DNA of 64,000 nt from an uncultured Gammaproteobacteria bacterium (GTDB taxonomy: Bacteria > Patescibacteriota > Patescibacteriia > Magasanikbacterales > GCA-002688135): assembly GCA_964536205.1 (NCBI GenBank), contig CAZHVT010000001.1, forward strand, positions 5,944-69,943. The letters run 5' to 3'. Made by a program: the position numbers and the translations under genes. How positions within the stretch are numbered: position 1 is the stretch's first letter; each line of letters begins with the position of its first letter. Shown piece after piece: positions 58,718 to 64,000 of the stretch. The notes under the pieces were generated by a model. That model was not told the origin of the DNA. It saw nothing but the letters and a program-made list of their open reading frames with translations, and did no database searches.

Positions 58718-58886
58718 GGTAGTACTTTTTCAAAAAAGTACCAAAAACTTTCGCGCCACGTTCAGTTCAGGGCTCGACTTGATTTTTCAGACAAAAAATC
58801 AAACTCGCTAAAACGCTCAAACAGTGATTTTTTGTAGCTGAAAAATCTTCGTCTCGCTGATCCTGAACTTCTCTATGCGCGGCCGC
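58718..58886. repeat. long imperfect palindrome (REP/MITE-like)
   Basis: AGTTCAGG..GATTTTTCAG-ACAAAAAATCA / TGATTTTTTGT-AG-CTGAAAAATC..CCTGAACT. Confidence 0.7.
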
Positions 58887-58951
58887 TATCGCGGATTTAT
58901 AGAACGGCTATCGCCGATTTATAGATTTTTACTGGGGCAGTTTTTTATTTA

Positions 58952-60550
58952 TTAGTAGCCGACGGAGGTGATAGGGAGTTCATGGAGTTTTTGGGATATG
59001 AGGTTTTGGAGAGTGAGAGTGATGTGATGCCTTTCTGTTTGTGGTCGATTGAATCGCATGGTGAATGTATATGTTTGTGGTTCGGTTTTGAATGTTGTGT
59101 AGAGAAGGTGGTTTTCGCGGATGATTTTTTGAGCCATGATATCTGGTTGATGTACTCGTTTTTCTGCTTCGTTAAATATCGAGAAATTTCCATCTGTGCT
59201 CCACTCAATAATTTTATATGGCGCGCCACTTTGTGTGGTGATTTTTATTTCAGCGATGGTGTTTCGCACATTCCAATTTGCTGATGCATAAACTTTAAAT
59301 TCTTGCAGTTCATTTTTTATTGCGTCTATGTTTGTTTCGCGAAGTCGTGTGTAATTTGAAAATTCTTGTTCGATGGCATTATTTGTTGGTTCTTTTGCAC
59401 GATCCCAAAAGAGTGCTGGTCTCATGAGTGTGATTGCATGTTCAAAATTTGTGCGATCGTCTTGTTTCCATTTTTGGCTTGCGACAGTTTCCCACAAAAT
59501 TTTTCCGCGCATGATTTGGTATTCTTTAATGTTTGCGAGACGATCGAGAATAGGATTGTATTTTCGATCGATCATGTTTTCGCGATGCAATTCATCAAAT
59601 AATACATCCCACGGCATGAATTTTAGTTTGCCTTCTGCTGGCGAATAATAGATGCGCATGTTGTGTGCCCAATCTTGATGATTTGAGCCAGCAAGGATTG
59701 AGTGTGCGTGCCATGTTGCGAGATTTTCTGTGTCTACAATTTGTTTGAGTTTTCTGTAATAGATTTCGTCGGATGGTTCATTGAGAATTTCTAATAATGT
59801 CTCAAGTTGTTTGTACGATGTGTTTGGATCGCCAGCTTTGATGCTCCAATATCCAGCATTTGAGAAGATCGGTTCGTTCACACCATCTTCACCGAAAATC
59901 ACTGTATCTTCAGGAAGATCATGATTGAAAATAAAATCATCACTCACTTGTTCAAATAATACGTACGGCCCCATCTTTTTTTGATTGAGCGTGAGTGCAA
60001 CGAATTGTGCATCTGGGACGAGCAGGTTCATTGATTTAGCTCGTTCGTTGTTGAGCCATTCCATGACGTACAACCGATCTTCGGGAACGATGAGATTAAA
60101 TACTTTGTGTCCAAGAATTGTTTTATTTTTTTTGAGTTCAATGCGCCATGATTTTTTTGTGTATGCCCAGTGCGAGCTTGTATCTCCGCGCAAGCGTGCG
60201 CGTGCTTTGTATGTTTGTCCTTCAAATTCTACTTCTGCGTCACGCCATACTTTTCCGCGTGTTTGATATGCATCATCAGAATCGATCGTATTGAGCGCGT
60301 CGATATCTGTTGGTTTCATGATGAGGTTTATTGTGGGGAGTTTTTTGTTTTGAAATGCTGTTTTGATCATTGAGGGTGCGTCTTTGATATAGAGCGATGT
60401 ATTTTTTCCTGCTTTTCGCAATCCGTCGGGCAAGCTATTAACAAATGTTGATCCTCGTAGGGCTTGAATATTTCCTGTTGCTACAAATAAAAAAACGCCC
60501 GCGAGTGCGATTCCGGCGATTCCCCAGATAATTTTGTGTCTTTTTTTCAT
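58952..60550 (-). CDS. CotH kinase family protein
   Basis: N-terminal TM, RLRGDTS...KKSWRI, G.YVLFEQV, HN.RIY, F.PWD. Confidence 0.85.
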   Translation of the reverse strand: MKKRHKIIWGIAGIALAGVFLFVATGNIQALRGSTFVNSLPDGLRKAGKNTSLYIKDAPSMIKTAFQNKKLPTINLIMKPTDIDALNTIDSDDAYQTRGKVWRDAEVEFEGQTYKARARLRGDTSSHWAYTKKSWRIELKKNKTILGHKVFNLIVPEDRLYVMEWLNNERAKSMNLLVPDAQFVALTLNQKKMGPYVLFEQVSDDFIFNHDLPEDTVIFGEDGVNEPIFSNAGYWSIKAGDPNTSYKQLETLLEILNEPSDEIYYRKLKQIVDTENLATWHAHSILAGSNHQDWAHNMRIYYSPAEGKLKFMPWDVLFDELHRENMIDRKYNPILDRLANIKEYQIMRGKILWETVASQKWKQDDRTNFEHAITLMRPALFWDRAKEPTNNAIEQEFSNYTRLRETNIDAIKNELQEFKVYASANWNVRNTIAEIKITTQSGAPYKIIEWSTDGNFSIFNEAEKRVHQPDIMAQKIIRENHLLYTTFKTEPQTYTFTMRFNRPQTERHHITLTLQNLISQKLHELPITSVGY

Positions 60551-60619
60551 CGGGCACAGGTTAGCAAATGCATGATGTGGAATCAAGCATAAAAAAACTC
60601 CGCTCGTGGCGGAGAAGTT

Positions 60620-61108
60620 TTAATTAAAAAATTTTTCTTGCGGATGCGGTGTTGTGTCTACTTCTTCAGCGCTTACTTCAAATGCTTCGGCGAGCGCGAG
60701 AATGGCTTTACCCCATCTGTTTTCTTTCGTAAGCGGTTTGAGGTAGTTTGTGGATTCTCGTTCGCTATTAGCAACCTGTTGTTTCATGAGATTGCTTTGT
60801 CTGACAATTTCATGAATGATGAGCTGGATTGCTTCTTTTTCCGAACCATCACAGTCGCTTGCGAGTTCCTGGCACATGGTGAGATATTCTTGGAAAGAAC
60901 TTTCAAAGTAATTTACGTATGTTTCTGTTGTTGGTTGTGCGTCTTTTTTACCCAAGCCTGCGGCAAATGAGCAGAAGTTCCCTGTAGTTGCATCGAGACT
61001 TTTTGGACTTAGGGGTTTCATTCGTATACCAAAAGGATGTGAGAAACCGCGCAAATCGTACTGTGTCATCACGATTGCTCGGTCGATGTTTGCTGTGAGA
61101 AATGACAC
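60620..61108 (-). CDS. helical hypothetical protein with HPQEKFF tag
   Basis: AAGGAG RBS before GTG; no Zn-finger module; ends HPQEKFFN. Confidence 0.75.
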   Translation of the reverse strand: MSFLTANIDRAIVMTQYDLRGFSHPFGIRMKPLSPKSLDATTGNFCSFAAGLGKKDAQPTTETYVNYFESSFQEYLTMCQELASDCDGSEKEAIQLIIHEIVRQSNLMKQQVANSERESTNYLKPLTKENRWGKAILALAEAFEVSAEEVDTTPHPQEKFFN

Positions 61109-61211
61109 GATATTCTCCTTTGATAATATTATAATAAAGAGCGTTGTGTGGAGTGTAGTGTATTGTTTTGAGCTTGTCAATACAAAAACCCCGTTGCCGG
61201 GGTTTTTGTTT

Positions 61212-62531
61212 TTATGAGGTTTTTTCTTTTTCTTCTTTTTTAGCTTCGGCTTTTTTGATGAGTCGCTCGCGGAGTTTTTCTGTTGTTTTTCTGTTTCGGA
61301 GGTTTACGGTGATGAAGTCGATGATGTTTGGATCTTTCAATTTTTCATCGATTTGTGGATTGTCTTGATATGATTTTCTGACATTTTCTAATTCGAGTTT
61401 GATTTCTTCATCTGAAACTTCGATGTTTTCTAGGTCTGCGAGGTCGCGGAACACGAGTGATCCTTTGACGCGTTTAACTGCTTGATCTTTAAATCCTTCT
61501 GCGACTTCTTCAATTGTTTTTTTGACATCAGCGAGATATTTTTCAATATCCATTCCTTGATCGCTTAATCGTTGTTTGAATTCTCCAAAGAGGCGATCTT
61601 TCTCCGCTTCAATTAATACTTCTGGGATTTCGCCGAATGTTGATTTTTCTAGAATCGTGTCGATCATTTCTCCTGTTGCGCGATCTGTTTCTTTTGCTTG
61701 TTTATCACGCAACAAATTTTCTTTGAGCATTGTTTTGAGTTGGTCAATTGATTCTGTTCCCAAACCTTTTGCAAATGCTTCGTCCAATTCTGGGAGTGTT
61801 CGTTCAAACACTTCTTTTACTTTCACTTTGAATTGCGCTTTTTTCCCAGCTAACAATTTTGAGTAATGCGTTTTTGGGATTTCGAGATTGAAATCTAAAT
61901 CAGCGTCCTTTTTTGCACCAATTAATTTTTCAGTCAATCCTGGAACATAACTATCTTCTGAAAGATAGATTGAGTGATCTTTTGTTGTACCTCCTTCAAT
62001 CGCAACATTTTCGACGAGGATTTCCATGTCGATGACTACGCGATCTTCTTTTGTTGCAGCTTTTGTTGTTGCTGCTTCTGTTGCGCGCATTTTTTGGATT
62101 TCCCCAATTGCTTTTTCAACTTCTTTATCATCTACTTCAACTGTTTTTTCTTCAACTGAAATTGTTGAGATGTCTGGAAGTTTTGTTTCTGGGAGTTTTG
62201 CCCAATCTACATTAACTTCTACATCATTTCCTGGGGTGAGTTTTTTGATTTCAACTTGAGGTTGTCCAATAGTTTTCAGGTTGTGTTCTTTCACTGCATC
62301 GACTAAACCTTTTTGGATCATTTGATCTGCAGCAGTTTCAAGAATAGCCATTTCGCCAACTTCTTTTTTGACGATATCAAATGGAATGTGTCCTGGACGA
62401 AATCCAGAGACCTTTAGATTTTGTGAAATTTTTTCTGCGGCTTTTTGCAGAAATGGTTCCTGTTCTGCGACAGGAATAGTGAGTGTGATGAATGCCATTG
62501 ATTTTGGCTTGGATTCACAGGTGATTTGCAT
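61212..62531 (-). CDS. tig: trigger factor
   Basis: GFRPGHIP ribosome-binding motif, FKBP domain, LPELDEAFAK. Confidence 0.97.
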   Translation of the reverse strand: MQITCESKPKSMAFITLTIPVAEQEPFLQKAAEKISQNLKVSGFRPGHIPFDIVKKEVGEMAILETAADQMIQKGLVDAVKEHNLKTIGQPQVEIKKLTPGNDVEVNVDWAKLPETKLPDISTISVEEKTVEVDDKEVEKAIGEIQKMRATEAATTKAATKEDRVVIDMEILVENVAIEGGTTKDHSIYLSEDSYVPGLTEKLIGAKKDADLDFNLEIPKTHYSKLLAGKKAQFKVKVKEVFERTLPELDEAFAKGLGTESIDQLKTMLKENLLRDKQAKETDRATGEMIDTILEKSTFGEIPEVLIEAEKDRLFGEFKQRLSDQGMDIEKYLADVKKTIEEVAEGFKDQAVKRVKGSLVFRDLADLENIEVSDEEIKLELENVRKSYQDNPQIDEKLKDPNIIDFITVNLRNRKTTEKLRERLIKKAEAKKEEKEKTS

Positions 62532-62618
62532 AGAATAGAGTTAATTTGATGGTGAGAGTATAGCCTGTTTTGTGGTTTATGTCAACAGTCACAATGGGAT
62601 AAAAAATACCCCATAGTA

Positions 62619-63107
62619 TTATGAGGCATTGTTTTGGCTTTTAAATGTTACGTCGATGACGGGTGACATCATTCTCATGAGAAATATCAACCATCCGATG
62701 TCTTGTGTGGTGTATCGATGTGTGACGCCTGTAAGTATGAATGATCCAATCCCTGTCAGTATTCGTTCAAAGTCTCTGTATGGGTCTCTTTCGTCATTTT
62801 CTTTACAGAGCTTGTTTGTGAGTTCTCGTATGATTACGAATAACATCCATGAGAGATCTTCTCTGTTTTTGTTGGTTTCTTTTCGGAGAGCATGTTCTAG
62901 GCCTTCGTAGCCTTGTTTGTGTGAGAACGTGTAATCGCAATCGTCGCTCGACATGGTGAGTTGTACTTTTTCTGAATCGTATGCGTTGGCGAGAACAAAC
63001 TTAATTGTACATGTTTGTTTTTTATTACTTATGCGAATGCTTACTGTGCCTTCACATCTTTTTTCTGGTTGAAGATTAGGAGCATCTGCAAAAAGTGTGA
63101 CGCGCAT
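62619..63107 (-). CDS. hypothetical protein
   Basis: GAGGG RBS, 162-aa ORF followed by a terminator-like A tract. Confidence 0.6.
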   Translation of the reverse strand: MRVTLFADAPNLQPEKRCEGTVSIRISNKKQTCTIKFVLANAYDSEKVQLTMSSDDCDYTFSHKQGYEGLEHALRKETNKNREDLSWMLFVIIRELTNKLCKENDERDPYRDFERILTGIGSFILTGVTHRYTTQDIGWLIFLMRMMSPVIDVTFKSQNNAS

Positions 63108-63201
63108 GTTTCCCTCTTAAATGATCTGTGGGTTTTGTATCATGGATACTTTATTAGGTCAAAGTATTGTAATAAAAGAGCACCCCGTGGGGTGCGAGTT
63201 T

Positions 63202-63969
63202 TTATTTTTTGGTTCGTTTTTCGTGAGAGGCGATGAGTGCATTGAGTTCTTTCTTGATTCGCCGTGCATCTTCGCCGCGCCATCCGCGAGCCCACAGCAG
63301 GAATCGATGAATAATTCCTAGGGCGTTGTCCATGTAGTAATCTTCGCCTACATGTACGATGTTTTTCATGTGCGAATGATAATCTGCGGCATTTCGATTT
63401 GGATTTTTCCAGCATGCTTTGATCTCATTTGAGATGTCATACACACTTCGTTCACCAGTCATGAATGTTCTGAGGCAAGCGAAGTACATTCGAAATGAAC
63501 ATTGATAGAGGTCGGCATTCGAGAATATCTTCAGGCCGCCTTTTTTGTTATCGTGAGCAACGAGTGTTGCTAGCTGAAGTGCGAGTATCTGTCCGGCTTG
63601 CAATGATTCTGACGGATCCGTTCCGATGTCATGTTCGATATCAATGCGTGACATTTCGAATTTGTTGTGCGGATCGTATCGCCACTCAATGGGGAATGAT
63701 GCAGACTCTAGCGTTTCGTGAAGCCAGAATGTGATCGTTCCTTTTGTGACGAATTTTGGTAGTTCTTCGTCAGGGCTGGTGCGGATGCATGCAATCGAAA
63801 TGGAAACGTTGTGATCGCATGTTGTTTGCTGGATAGGTTCGTTGACAGTCATTACGCAGCCTTTTTGCTGATGATGAGAAGTGGATGATTTTTTTTGTAG
63901 CGAACCTCTGCGTTCATTTGGTGATGCGAGAGGTTTCGTTTGATTCGGTCCACGACACTTGTGCTCCAT
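63202..63969 (-). CDS. hypothetical protein
   Basis: 255-aa ORF, start uncertain (probably near MTVNE); C-terminal WRGEDARRIKKEL segment. Confidence 0.6.
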   Translation of the reverse strand: MEHKCRGPNQTKPLASPNERRGSLQKKSSTSHHQQKGCVMTVNEPIQQTTCDHNVSISIACIRTSPDEELPKFVTKGTITFWLHETLESASFPIEWRYDPHNKFEMSRIDIEHDIGTDPSESLQAGQILALQLATLVAHDNKKGGLKIFSNADLYQCSFRMYFACLRTFMTGERSVYDISNEIKACWKNPNRNAADYHSHMKNIVHVGEDYYMDNALGIIHRFLLWARGWRGEDARRIKKELNALIASHEKRTKK

Positions 63970-64000
63970 TTTTGTGGAAGCGGCACGTCGACGGTTTCTC

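Overview
Replication-origin region of a small-genome bacterium, most likely Patescibacteria/CPR (inferred from gene content and style); standard code 11, with TGA used as stop. Core genes: rpmH-rnpA-yidD divergent from dnaA-dnaN (DnaA boxes, DnaA-trios and an AT-rich element), polA-HD-holA, tig, rpsT, nfo, rmuC, ychF, lspA, DksA/TraR, Elp3, pyrD, ino1, PBP1A, three tRNAs (Gly, Arg, Cys) and a TrmB-led surface-protein operon. Main novelty: both sides of oriC carry clusters of small paralogous proteins built from a GATA-like zinc-finger module (CxxC-x6-LW...CxxC...PAIP...WWxxL, 12 copies). Nine genes, two of them lacking that module, end in the same C-terminal peptide HPQE[L/K]FFx-stop. It is encoded with synonymous variation and resembles a beta-clamp-binding motif. 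Other observations: a boxA-like motif in leaders of many stand-alone accessory genes, two promoter-to-terminator structured ncRNA candidates, a duplicated tRNA-Cys 5' half, distant DnaA-box clusters, parS-like sites, REP/RPE-like palindromes (one inside a CDS) and a T4 gp30.3-like NADAR. All calls are by eye, without database searches.
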